Below, piece by piece: positions 26,111-34,869 of a stretch of 64,000 nt of DNA. A model generated the notes under the pieces. The model was not told where the DNA came from, did not search any database, and was given only the letters and a program-made list of their open reading frames with translations. Made by a program: the position numbers and the translations under genes. Source of the stretch: Pirellulales bacterium (GTDB lineage Bacteria > Planctomycetota > Planctomycetia > Pirellulales > UBA1268); assembly GCA_041746715.1 (NCBI GenBank), contig JBGTGN010000023.1:12245-76244 (forward strand). The letters run 5' to 3'. Position 1 is the stretch's first letter; each line of letters begins with the position of its first letter.

Positions 26111-26506
26111 TCAGCCGGCGGCGGCTTTCAACTCGGCGAGCCGCTGGGCCGTATCGACGAGCCGATCCCAGTTGGCCTCGACATATTCAGGCGGTCCGCC
26201 AATCTGCGCCACGACCTGGGCTACGTCTTCCGTGGGCACCATCTCGATGGCATCCCAGGGGCAGACCTTCAGGTCGTAGGGATTCGACTTCTTCCCCGGA
26301 ATGTGGACGCACACCTCGCATCCCACGCACCGCTCGATGTCGATCTCACACCAGCTCTGGAGATTATGGAACTGGTCGAACTGCTGCACCTTGATGATGC
26401 AGTCCACCGGACAGACCTCAATGCAGCTCTCGCAGCCGGTGCAGTTATCGGCATTGATCACCGCCAGTTCCTTCGGCAGCTTCTTTCGGGGGCCTTGTTT
26501 TGCCAT
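26111..26506 (-). CDS. 2x[4Fe-4S] dicluster ferredoxin with C-terminal extension
   Basis: ATG 26506 (MAKQGPRKK). First motif CTGCESCIEVCP. Second motif CVGCEVC...(15-residue insert)...VCP. The track ORF to 27118 is an out-of-context upstream extension. Confidence 0.85.
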   Translation of the reverse strand: MAKQGPRKKLPKELAVINADNCTGCESCIEVCPVDCIIKVQQFDQFHNLQSWCEIDIERCVGCEVCVHIPGKKSNPYDLKVCPWDAIEMVPTEDVAQVVAQIGGPPEYVEANWDRLVDTAQRLAELKAAAG

Positions 26507-26591
26507 GACCGTCTCATCGGCGCGTGGGGGGAAACGAAACTCAAGCAGCCAGTATGGTAGCCGGCCGCGTGCCCCTGGCAAAACTGAGTCG

Positions 26592-27272
26592 CTAGGCCGC
26601 GAGCCGCAGGCGTTCCTCGGCCCGTGCCATGCCATTGTCGAAGCTGTATCCGAACCGCTCGATATCGTCGGCATAGGCCTCGGCCACACGGTCAACGAGC
26701 GACGGCGTGTAGTGTTCTCGGTAGTCGCCTCGCGCCCCGGCATTGCACCGAGGGAGCGTGGCGGTGAGACCGATCCGGCGGCCGATGAAGGCGAAGTCAG
26801 ATTCGAGCGACTCGTAGCGGCCCACGAAATCGACAAGCAGGCGGCCATCCCGGTTGCAGAGGAGCCCGACCTGGGAAAACGACTTCCGGCGAATCTCGTA
26901 CTCCACATAGTGGGCAAACGATGGCAGCGACATGACACGGCGGTGCCGCTTGTGTCCGGGGGTCCGTCGGATGAAATGCCAGTATGAGACGAGGATATCC
27001 CACGGGTTCCGCACAAAGGCAAACTTGAAGAGCCTGTCAAAGACGTCCGCCGGAAGCGATGCCTCGAGCGCAGCGGCAGGAGAATGGGCGCGGAACTTCG
27101 TATAAGGCCATGGCGCAAAGTGATTCACGCGAATGCCAATCCGTTCAAGCCAGCGATTGCCCCAGTACGCATTCGGGTGGGTCGCGTAGTGGCGCAGCAC
27201 CGAGTACACACTCGTTCCTCCCGTCTTCGGAACGTGAACGAAGGCAAAGGAATGAGACTCGGAGACGATCAT
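26592..27272 (-). CDS. Sulfotransferase-family protein
   Basis: PAPS 5'-phosphosulfate loop HVPKTGGTSV near the N-terminus. 3'-phosphate-type motif FAFVRNPWDILVSYW. Confidence 0.75.
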   Translation of the reverse strand: MIVSESHSFAFVHVPKTGGTSVYSVLRHYATHPNAYWGNRWLERIGIRVNHFAPWPYTKFRAHSPAAALEASLPADVFDRLFKFAFVRNPWDILVSYWHFIRRTPGHKRHRRVMSLPSFAHYVEYEIRRKSFSQVGLLCNRDGRLLVDFVGRYESLESDFAFIGRRIGLTATLPRCNAGARGDYREHYTPSLVDRVAEAYADDIERFGYSFDNGMARAEERLRLAA

Positions 27273-27332
27273 CGGCAGACCTCGGGCGGGCTGGGAGCAT
27301 GCCAGAGCGGCTGTCGCAGAACCAGAGCGGAA

Positions 27333-28628
27333 TTAGCCGAGCGTTTCGCCGCGAACGAGGTCTTCCACGGTCTGCCGAGCTCGCACGAGCCGCGGGACGC
27401 CGGCATCCACGAGCACTTCGGCCGGGAGCGGCTTGGAGTTGTAGGTGCTCGCCATGACAAAGCCATACGCCCCCGCGACCTCAATCACGAGCAGGTCGCC
27501 GACGCTTGCCGCAGGCAAGGACCTCGTGGTCACGAAGCCACCGTCGGCCTGTGTGAAGATGTCACCCGACTCACACAAGGGGCCACCCACGGCCACGTCT
27601 TCGCATGATTCCGGATCGGATCGGTCAGAAGGACAGACGCTCATCGGATGGTACGAGCCGTAGAGCACCGGCCTCGCGAGGGTGTTGAAGCCGGCATCGG
27701 TGAGAAGATATTTCCGGCTTCCCTGATGTTTGACCGCGCGAACTTCTGTGACGAGATAGCCCGACTCGGCCGTGAGGTAGCGGCCCGGCTCGATCTCGAG
27801 GCGAATGCGATGGCCGAAGCGATCCTCGAGCCGTTTTCGGGACGCGTCCCACAACTGAAAATAGCCGCCGAGGTCGGCATGCTTCTCCTCGGCCCTGTAG
27901 GGAACGGGCAGGCCACCGCCGGCGCTCATCGTGGTGAGCGAGCGACCGATTTCGAGGGCCATCCGCTCGAGCGCTCCTGCCACTTCGGCGAGATGGGCCA
28001 GGTCGGCCCCGCTGCCGATATGCATGTGGAGGCCGGTCACCGAAAGCCCGGCCCACTCGGCGCGGCGGAGCACATCGGGGATGGCTTCATGCCAGATACC
28101 GTGCTTGGAGCCCTCGCCGCCGGTGTTTGTCTTCTGGCTGTGGCCGTGGCCGAAGCCGGGATTCACTCGGAGTGTGACCGCCGCCCCGGGAACCCGTTGG
28201 GCAAGCTGCTCGAGCATGTCGGCGGAGCCACAGTTCACATGGATGCCGAGCTGTGTGACGGCATCGAGGCTCTCGCGATCAAAGATGTCGGCCGTGTAGA
28301 CGATCGGCGGGGCAGGGGGAAGATCACCAGGCTTCACTGGGGCTGATTGCGCGTGGCCCGTGTAGCCAGCCGCGAGGGCTCGGTGAATCTCGCCTGCGCT
28401 CACAGCGTCTACGAGCACGCCCTCCCGCCGAATGAGATCGAGGATCGCAAGGTTGGAACAGGCCTTCTGTGCGAACCGGACGGTGTCCCATGCTGCGAGG
28501 TCACGGCACCGCTGCCGGATGATCGCCGCATCGTAGACGTAGAGCGGTGTGCCGTAGTCACGCGCGAGCTCGGCAACGCGAACCCCCGCAATCTCGCGGC
28601 GCACCAGTGGCATCGAAGGCTGTTCCAT
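27333..28628 (-). CDS. lysA: Diaminopimelate decarboxylase (fold-type III PLP decarboxylase)
   Basis: YGTPLYVYD, PLP-Lys context RFAQKACSN, HMHIGSG, EPGRYL, CESGDIF. Start trimmed to ATG 28628 (MEQPSMPLV), just below the upstream gene's stop at 28639. Confidence 0.85.
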   Translation of the reverse strand: MEQPSMPLVRREIAGVRVAELARDYGTPLYVYDAAIIRQRCRDLAAWDTVRFAQKACSNLAILDLIRREGVLVDAVSAGEIHRALAAGYTGHAQSAPVKPGDLPPAPPIVYTADIFDRESLDAVTQLGIHVNCGSADMLEQLAQRVPGAAVTLRVNPGFGHGHSQKTNTGGEGSKHGIWHEAIPDVLRRAEWAGLSVTGLHMHIGSGADLAHLAEVAGALERMALEIGRSLTTMSAGGGLPVPYRAEEKHADLGGYFQLWDASRKRLEDRFGHRIRLEIEPGRYLTAESGYLVTEVRAVKHQGSRKYLLTDAGFNTLARPVLYGSYHPMSVCPSDRSDPESCEDVAVGGPLCESGDIFTQADGGFVTTRSLPAASVGDLLVIEVAGAYGFVMASTYNSKPLPAEVLVDAGVPRLVRARQTVEDLVRGETLG

Positions 28629-28638
28629 GATGGCTTGC

Positions 28639-30300
28639 TCACAAGCCATCAAAGTCGCCGCCGGGAGCCGCGACTGGCCCGTCGGGGCGAAGGGCGAAGG
28701 CCGCCGTAACGGCCTTCGCAATCGCCTGGATAGCACCACCATCCGCCACGAGCCGTGTGGCCACGCCCCCCTCGATCGGCCGCACGAGCAGTCGCACAAG
28801 GGCGGCGGGCTTTGCGGCGGCCTCTTTGGCAGCATCGCCAAGAACCTGTGCGGCCGGTTCATCATCGGCGGTGACGGCCATCCACTGCATGGCGCCAGGC
28901 ACCCAAATATCGATTCCCGTCAGTGGCTTCTGGGCATCATCAGTGCGACTGGCCGCCTCCATCGCTGCTCCCACTCGCGTGGGGGCATCACCGCCAGCGA
29001 GCACGCACACGCGATCGGCAGAAACAGCAATCGTGATGGAAAGCTTGCCGCCGACTTTCTCAGCCTTCGGAAGCCCCTCGAGATCAATCTCGAGCGTGTG
29101 GAGATTCGCGGCCCCTTCCTTTCCGGAGTCAAACGTGATCGTCGCCTGCGGCGGCAGGGCCCCGGGTTCACCAAGCCGCTTCTTGAGCTGCTCTTCGAGA
29201 GCCGGGCCGTCCTTGATCTTCGCCGAGAGCGTCACGGCCGGCAGGATCAAATCCCGCGTCGCACCGCTGGTATCAACGGCGACCCCGCCGGTGAGGCTGC
29301 CGGTGTCAAGCATGGCACCGATGATGTCTTGGAGAAGCCCAGAGAGCGTGTCTTTGATCGGATCGCCCGTGCCGGCGGGAAGTGCCTGGGCGAGCGTCGC
29401 CTCGATGGCAGCACTCGCTTCCGGGGGAACGGCCTGGGCGTGGTGTGCCCGAAAGGTCGCCGATTGGCCGTCGGCAGACGCTGGCAGTCCCAGGCCATTC
29501 TCGGTCTTGCCAGCGTTTGCCCAGACGTTCGCTGCCTCGCTGCCCGGCACCATAACCGTCCGGTTCTCGATGAAGAGCCTTTCCTTCTCGGGCTCCAGAG
29601 CAATGCCGAGCGTCATCGATTCTGTTTCCGCGATGCCATCAAACGCGGAAGATACAGCAGCCGCGTTCACGGGCTGGCCCTGGGCGGCGGCGGCCTCCAC
29701 AAGCTGTTCAATCCTCGCCTTCACCTGCTCCCGCATGCCTTCGGGCATCGCGGCTGGGAAGAGCTGCACGCCGAGCGTGAGCTCACCGGCAAGCTTTGTG
29801 ATGATCGCCTCGGCGTTGGCTGGCCCATCGGGGCTGCTCTGTATCGCGACGACAGCCCAGCCGTCCTTTTCGATGATCTCGATCGGCGGTGTCATCGGAG
29901 GCATGAGAATCCGCTTGTCGCCATCCTTCTGGGCCGGTCCCACCACGCCCTGAAACACGTCGAGCAGTTGGTCGAGGTTCTTGACAGGTACGTAGCCATG
30001 CACGACCGGCGTGTCGCCGTTGGCCGTCACGATGATGCCGATGGGCCGAGTCGCGTCGAGGCCTGCGAGCCCCTTAAACTGCGTGGCCATCATGATGCCC
30101 GACTCGGCCATCGCAGCAAGTTGTGGATAGTTTACCTGCTCACCGATCCAGGCGATTTGCTTCTTGAGGTCGCCATACGAATCGATGGCGACAACGCCGA
30201 CCACCGGGTTGTCGTCGGCCCGAACGGCGGTGAGTGCGGCCAGCGCGATCGCGACGACGGCGAGGCCGCGACAGGCTGCGGAGCGGGCAGAGAAGGGCAT
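28639..30300 (-). CDS. Exported hypothetical protein (553 aa)
   Basis: ATG 30300 gives MPFSARSAACRGLAVVAIALAALTAVRADD (signal peptide). Balanced amino-acid composition, unlike the Arg/Gly/His-rich antisense ORF 28627-30588. No recognisable domain. Confidence 0.6.
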   Translation of the reverse strand: MPFSARSAACRGLAVVAIALAALTAVRADDNPVVGVVAIDSYGDLKKQIAWIGEQVNYPQLAAMAESGIMMATQFKGLAGLDATRPIGIIVTANGDTPVVHGYVPVKNLDQLLDVFQGVVGPAQKDGDKRILMPPMTPPIEIIEKDGWAVVAIQSSPDGPANAEAIITKLAGELTLGVQLFPAAMPEGMREQVKARIEQLVEAAAAQGQPVNAAAVSSAFDGIAETESMTLGIALEPEKERLFIENRTVMVPGSEAANVWANAGKTENGLGLPASADGQSATFRAHHAQAVPPEASAAIEATLAQALPAGTGDPIKDTLSGLLQDIIGAMLDTGSLTGGVAVDTSGATRDLILPAVTLSAKIKDGPALEEQLKKRLGEPGALPPQATITFDSGKEGAANLHTLEIDLEGLPKAEKVGGKLSITIAVSADRVCVLAGGDAPTRVGAAMEAASRTDDAQKPLTGIDIWVPGAMQWMAVTADDEPAAQVLGDAAKEAAAKPAALVRLLVRPIEGGVATRLVADGGAIQAIAKAVTAAFALRPDGPVAAPGGDFDGL

Positions 30301-30398
30301 GGAGAGTTCCTGCGGGGCCATGGTAGTCGAGAGAGAAAAGGCGAGGCGGGAGTTTACCAGAATCGTGGCCAAGCCAGTATTCTGGAGCGACCAGCCCG

Positions 30399-31304
30399 AT
30401 GTCTGTCCCAAGCCACCCTCCCGACGCTGATCTCGAAACGCTCCTTGGGAGACGACGGAGGCCACGGGCGCGGCTCCAAGGGCTGCTCTTTCTCCTCACG
30501 TGTCTCACCACGTTTGCCGCCGGTGCGGTGGGCTGGCAGCCACTCTTGCTCGGCGTGGATGACGAAGGTATCGCGTCGGCCGTGCTGACTCACTGGGATC
30601 GCGGCCTCCTCTATATGGCTGCGGTGCTTGCCGTGCTCGGGGCCCACGAGGCGGGCCACTTCATCGCCGCAAAGCTGCATGGAATCCCTGCGACGCTGCC
30701 ATTCTTTATCCCGATGCCTGTCCTCCTCACCGGCACACTCGGCGCGGTGATCGGCATGGAGGGATCGCGAGCCGACCGTCGGCAGCTTTTTGATATTGCG
30801 ATTGCCGGCCCGTTGGCCGGGCTTCTCGTGGCTATTCCGTTTTTGGCGATCGGGCTAGGACTCGGCGAAGCCAGTCAGGCGAATCCGTTTGCGCTTGCTC
30901 CCCTGGCCGCATGGCTCCAGGCGTTTCTGCGGCCCGACCTCGCCGCGGGAATGAAGGTCGAGCCCAACCCGCTCTTCATGGCCGGGTGGGTGGGCCTGCT
31001 TGTGACCGGTCTCAACATGATTCCTGTGAGCCAGCTCGACGGTGGCCATATCTGCTACGCCGTCTTTGGCCGCGCCGGCAACTGGGTGGCCCGAGCCACA
31101 CTCATCGCGGCGATCCTGGCGGTGATCATCTCAGGCCAAGATAACTGGGTGGCGCTTCTCGTTCTCGTGACGTTTCTGGGGGTTGATCACCCGCCGATTC
31201 GAGAGAATCGACAGTCGCTCGATACGTTCCGTACGATGTTGGGCGTCATCGTCTTCGCGATCCCGATCCTCACGTTCATGCCCGAGCCGCTGCGGTTCGA
31301 GTAG
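30399..31304 (+). CDS. Site-2 protease family (M50) membrane metalloprotease
   Basis: HEAGHFIAAKL (HExxH) in a TM helix. Later NMIPVSQLDGGH (NxxPxxxLDG motif). Multi-TM. Confidence 0.8.
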   Translation: MSVPSHPPDADLETLLGRRRRPRARLQGLLFLLTCLTTFAAGAVGWQPLLLGVDDEGIASAVLTHWDRGLLYMAAVLAVLGAHEAGHFIAAKLHGIPATLPFFIPMPVLLTGTLGAVIGMEGSRADRRQLFDIAIAGPLAGLLVAIPFLAIGLGLGEASQANPFALAPLAAWLQAFLRPDLAAGMKVEPNPLFMAGWVGLLVTGLNMIPVSQLDGGHICYAVFGRAGNWVARATLIAAILAVIISGQDNWVALLVLVTFLGVDHPPIRENRQSLDTFRTMLGVIVFAIPILTFMPEPLRFE

Positions 31305-31369
31305 CCTGGCGTAGAATGGGATTTGCTCGGGCACACCCGTGGTGCAGCGTGTTTCCGTTGGAGGTCACC

Positions 31370-33154
31370 ATGCCCGCCATTCCTCTGCTTGTCCTGCTCC
31401 TCGCCGCCTGGCCAGTCCTCGCGGCAGACAGCCCCAATGTCATCCTTGTCATGACCGACGACCAGGGCTACGGCGATATCGCCGCGCTCGGCAACCCGCT
31501 CCTCAAGACGCCGCACATCGACGCACTCCACGCCGAATCGGTTCGCCTGACCGACTATCACACCGACCCGACCTGTTCCCCGACGCGTGCCGCCCTCCTC
31601 ACCGGCCGCTATTCGACCCGCACCGGCGTGTGGCACACGATCAACGGCCGATCACTCATGCACGGCGATGAGTACACCCTCGCCGAGTATTTCAAGGACA
31701 ATGGATATCGCACCGGCATGTTCGGCAAGTGGCACCTGGGCGGAAGCGCCCCGCTGCGGCCGATGGACCAGGGTTTTGACCACTGTGTCTGGAGCCCCGG
31801 CGGCGCTGTCAATCAAGGCGGTAACTTTCTTGGCAACGACTGCTTTGACGACACCTACAAAGTCAACCAGCAGTGGCAATCGTTTAAGGGTTACCACACC
31901 GATGTCTGGTTCAACGAAGCGATGAAGTTCATCGAAGACGGCGACAAGGATGGCGATAGGGACAAGCCGTTTTTCGTCTACCTTCCGACCACCGCGGTGC
32001 ATGACCCCTGGAACGTCACCGACGCATACGCCCAGCCATACCTCGACGCCGGCGTGCCGCCGACGATGGCGAAGTTCTACGGCATGATCACCAACATTGA
32101 CGACAACCTCGGCAAGCTCCGTGCGTTCCTCGACGAAAAGAACCTTGCCGAAAATACGATTCTGATTTTCACTACCGACAACGGTACGACCGCTGGGTGG
32201 ATCGACCGCGAGCGTGGCTTTTCATACTTCAACGCGGGAATGCGGGGCTGGAAGGGCTCCGAGTACGAGGGTGGCCATCGCGTGCCGTTTTTCCTGCACT
32301 GGCCAGCAGGCGGGATCAACGAAGGCTGTGATATTGACACGCTTTCGGCCCACATCGACATCATGCCGACGCTCGGCGAGCTCTGCGGCCTTGACGCCGT
32401 GGTCCCAGCGAAGCTCCGCCGCGGCCCCCAGGATGGCCGATCCCTGGCGACGCTCATGCGGAGCAAGGGCCAGACCGGTCAGTCACCCCAGCCGCGGACG
32501 CTTGTTGTGCACAGCCAGCGCACAAGCCACCCGATCAAGTGGCGGCAGTCTGCGGTGATGACCGAGCACGAAAGGCTGATCAACGGCACTGAGCTCTACG
32601 ATATCGTCTCCGATCCAGGGCAAGAGAACGACATAGCGCACGACCGTCCCAATCGTGTCGCCAAACTCCGTGGCGACTACGAGACCTGGTGGGCATCGCT
32701 CGAGCCGGTGTTCGACGAGCATGTTCGTTTTGACCTTGGCGGCGCGGAGAACCCGACAACCTTGATGAGCCACGACTGGTTCATGGAGGGGGGCAAGGAT
32801 TCGGCCTGGCACCACAAGCATGTCGAACGCAACGACCTGATCAACGGGCCGTTCATGGTCACCGTCGTGAAGCCTGGCCGTTACCGCATCACGCCGATGC
32901 GTTGGCCGGAGTACGTCAACAAGCCGTCGGGGTGTCATGAGGCAGTGGTCCAGGTCAGTTTTCCGGCCGGGCCTGAGAGCTTCAAGCCCCTCGAGGTCCG
33001 GCAGAGCATCGTGGTCGACCCAGCCAAGCCGACCACCGGGCTCGAGATCGATCTCCCGGCCGGCCCCGCGTCGCTCACCACAACGCTTACCCGCGAAGAT
33101 GGAAAAACCTTTGGCGGCTACTACGTCAAAATTGAGTACGTCGGGGACTCTTGA
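31370..33154 (+). CDS. Arylsulfatase (formylglycine-dependent, Cys-type), exported
   Basis: GGAGG 6 nt upstream of ATG 31370. Signal MPAIPLLVLLLAAWPVLAA. NVILVMTDDQGYGD. FGly motif CSPTR at 31574-31588, followed by AALLTGRY. Confidence 0.9.
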   Translation: MPAIPLLVLLLAAWPVLAADSPNVILVMTDDQGYGDIAALGNPLLKTPHIDALHAESVRLTDYHTDPTCSPTRAALLTGRYSTRTGVWHTINGRSLMHGDEYTLAEYFKDNGYRTGMFGKWHLGGSAPLRPMDQGFDHCVWSPGGAVNQGGNFLGNDCFDDTYKVNQQWQSFKGYHTDVWFNEAMKFIEDGDKDGDRDKPFFVYLPTTAVHDPWNVTDAYAQPYLDAGVPPTMAKFYGMITNIDDNLGKLRAFLDEKNLAENTILIFTTDNGTTAGWIDRERGFSYFNAGMRGWKGSEYEGGHRVPFFLHWPAGGINEGCDIDTLSAHIDIMPTLGELCGLDAVVPAKLRRGPQDGRSLATLMRSKGQTGQSPQPRTLVVHSQRTSHPIKWRQSAVMTEHERLINGTELYDIVSDPGQENDIAHDRPNRVAKLRGDYETWWASLEPVFDEHVRFDLGGAENPTTLMSHDWFMEGGKDSAWHHKHVERNDLINGPFMVTVVKPGRYRITPMRWPEYVNKPSGCHEAVVQVSFPAGPESFKPLEVRQSIVVDPAKPTTGLEIDLPAGPASLTTTLTREDGKTFGGYYVKIEYVGDS

Positions 33155-33391
33155 TGTTTGAAGAGTTCACTCATGAAATCTCTTCGCTACGCTTCGGGGT
33201 TTTCCGGCCTTCAGCCTTGAATCAAACACTCAAACGTCACGAGTAGGCCATCGAGACCCTCTGCCACCCATTCCGTTCGTGCCGGTGTTGCGACCACGGC
33301 GATCGACCGAGAACTTGACGGGGCCGAAAAACCGAACTATTCGGAAGAGATCGCTTTCCTGCCTCGGACGCGCCCCGGAGATACCCTGCGC

Positions 33392-34855
33392 ATGGTTCAG
33401 TTTCGCTCGTCACGCGCCGCGAGGTCTTCCTCTCGGAAGGCCGCTGACCGTCGCCCGCTGGCCGTTGAGGGGCTCGAGCGGCGGCAGATGCTCGATGGGG
33501 ATGTCGATCCTCCCACCGTAGTCGTTGCGGCCTCTGACATCGGAGTTCGCAGCACGCCCTTAGTGAGCGTTCTTGATTCCGTGACGGGCCAGATTCAGAA
33601 CCAGTTTCTTGCCTACGAGCATACGTTCCGCGGTGGTGTACGAGTGGCGGTCGGGGATGTCAACGGCGACGGTGAGCCAGACATCATCACCGCCCCCGGC
33701 CCGGGCCGAGTCGGCCAAATTCGCGTCTTCTCGCTCGATGGCACCGAGATGGTGTCGTACCGCACGCTGCCCTTTGGGGCGACCTGGCGAGGCGGTGTCG
33801 AGGTGGCCTCTGGCGATGTGGATGGCAATGGTCGCGACGACATCATCGCATCGCAGTCGCGAGGCCGAGGCGTGGTTCGCGTGTTTGTCTCGATCGACGC
33901 GGCCGATCCAATTGTTAACGCAAGCTACCGCCGCATCGTTCCCTTCGGCCCGCGGTTCAACGGCGGATCGACCGTGGCGGTGGCCGATGTCGGCACGTTC
34001 GTCGGTGGCACGATCACCGATGGTTCGATGCCAGACGGCCGCGTCGAGATCGTGGTCGGGAATGGCCCTGGGATGCGGTCGCTCGTGCGGGTGTACGACG
34101 TATCGGCAACGCCGCGGGTGGTGGCAACCGCTCGACCGTTTGCGGCAGGGCTTCGAGGGGGCGTCAATGTCACGTCAGGGCGAATTACGAACGACTCCAT
34201 TGACGAGATTATCGTTTCGGCGGGGCGTGGAGGAAGCGGTGCGGTAGCGGTGTACGACGGCCGCGTTGGGCAGGTCGCCGGTGGGGGGCTTGCGAGAGTG
34301 ACACTTGCATCGGCCGCGTTCGCGAGGCCAAACGCGCCAGTATTCATCGCGCCGATCGACCGGAGCGGTTTTGGACTCATTGATCGGCTTCTGGTGACGA
34401 AGGGCGATCCGCACACCGGATTCGGCGTGGCCGCGTACACGATCAGCGGGTCGCTGGTGGGGCAGGGGGCGTCGCTCGCAGGCCCGCTCCGAATTGCCGC
34501 ATCTCGTTCGATGAGCGAGTTCGTCAAAACATCTTCCGGACTCCTCTACCGGGATCTTGTCGAGGGCACGGGGGATCTTCCCGTCCAGGGGCAGGAGATC
34601 ACGGCGCACTACGTCGGCACGCTTCGCGACGGCACCGTGTTCGACAGTTCGCGAGCACGCGAGGAGCCCTTCCAGTTTACGCTCGGTATCGGCCAGGTGA
34701 TCGAGGGCTGGGACGAGGCATTTGCCACGATGCGTGTTGGGGGCAGGCGAATTTTGGTCCTCCCGCCAGAACTGGCCTACGGCAATTCCCCTCGGCCGGG
34801 CATCCCGCCGGGGTCCACCCTCGTCTTCGACGTCGAGCTCCTGGCAATCGGCTGA
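33392..34855 (+). CDS. FG-GAP/VCBS-repeat protein fused to a C-terminal FKBP-type peptidyl-prolyl isomerase domain
   Basis: Repeats VGDVNGDGEPDIITAPGPG, SGDVDGNGRDDIIASQ and similar. C-terminal LLYRDLVEGTGDLPVQGQEITAHYVGTLRDGTVFDSS...GQVIEGWDEAFATMRVGGRRILVLPPELAYG...LVFDVELL is an FKBP domain. Confidence 0.8.
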   Translation: MVQFRSSRAARSSSRKAADRRPLAVEGLERRQMLDGDVDPPTVVVAASDIGVRSTPLVSVLDSVTGQIQNQFLAYEHTFRGGVRVAVGDVNGDGEPDIITAPGPGRVGQIRVFSLDGTEMVSYRTLPFGATWRGGVEVASGDVDGNGRDDIIASQSRGRGVVRVFVSIDAADPIVNASYRRIVPFGPRFNGGSTVAVADVGTFVGGTITDGSMPDGRVEIVVGNGPGMRSLVRVYDVSATPRVVATARPFAAGLRGGVNVTSGRITNDSIDEIIVSAGRGGSGAVAVYDGRVGQVAGGGLARVTLASAAFARPNAPVFIAPIDRSGFGLIDRLLVTKGDPHTGFGVAAYTISGSLVGQGASLAGPLRIAASRSMSEFVKTSSGLLYRDLVEGTGDLPVQGQEITAHYVGTLRDGTVFDSSRAREEPFQFTLGIGQVIEGWDEAFATMRVGGRRILVLPPELAYGNSPRPGIPPGSTLVFDVELLAIG

Positions 34856-34869
34856 GACTGGCGAGCGAG

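Noticed and set aside
26507-27118. Upstream extension of the ferredoxin ORF (track 26111-27118)
   Set aside because: It overlaps the sulfotransferase gene in another frame. The ferredoxin homology begins at MAKQG (ATG 26506).
28627-30588. 653-aa ORF on the plus strand
   Set aside because: It is antisense to the exported 553-aa protein and runs into the M50 gene in another frame. Its Arg/Gly/His-rich composition contrasts with the signal peptide and balanced composition on the minus strand.
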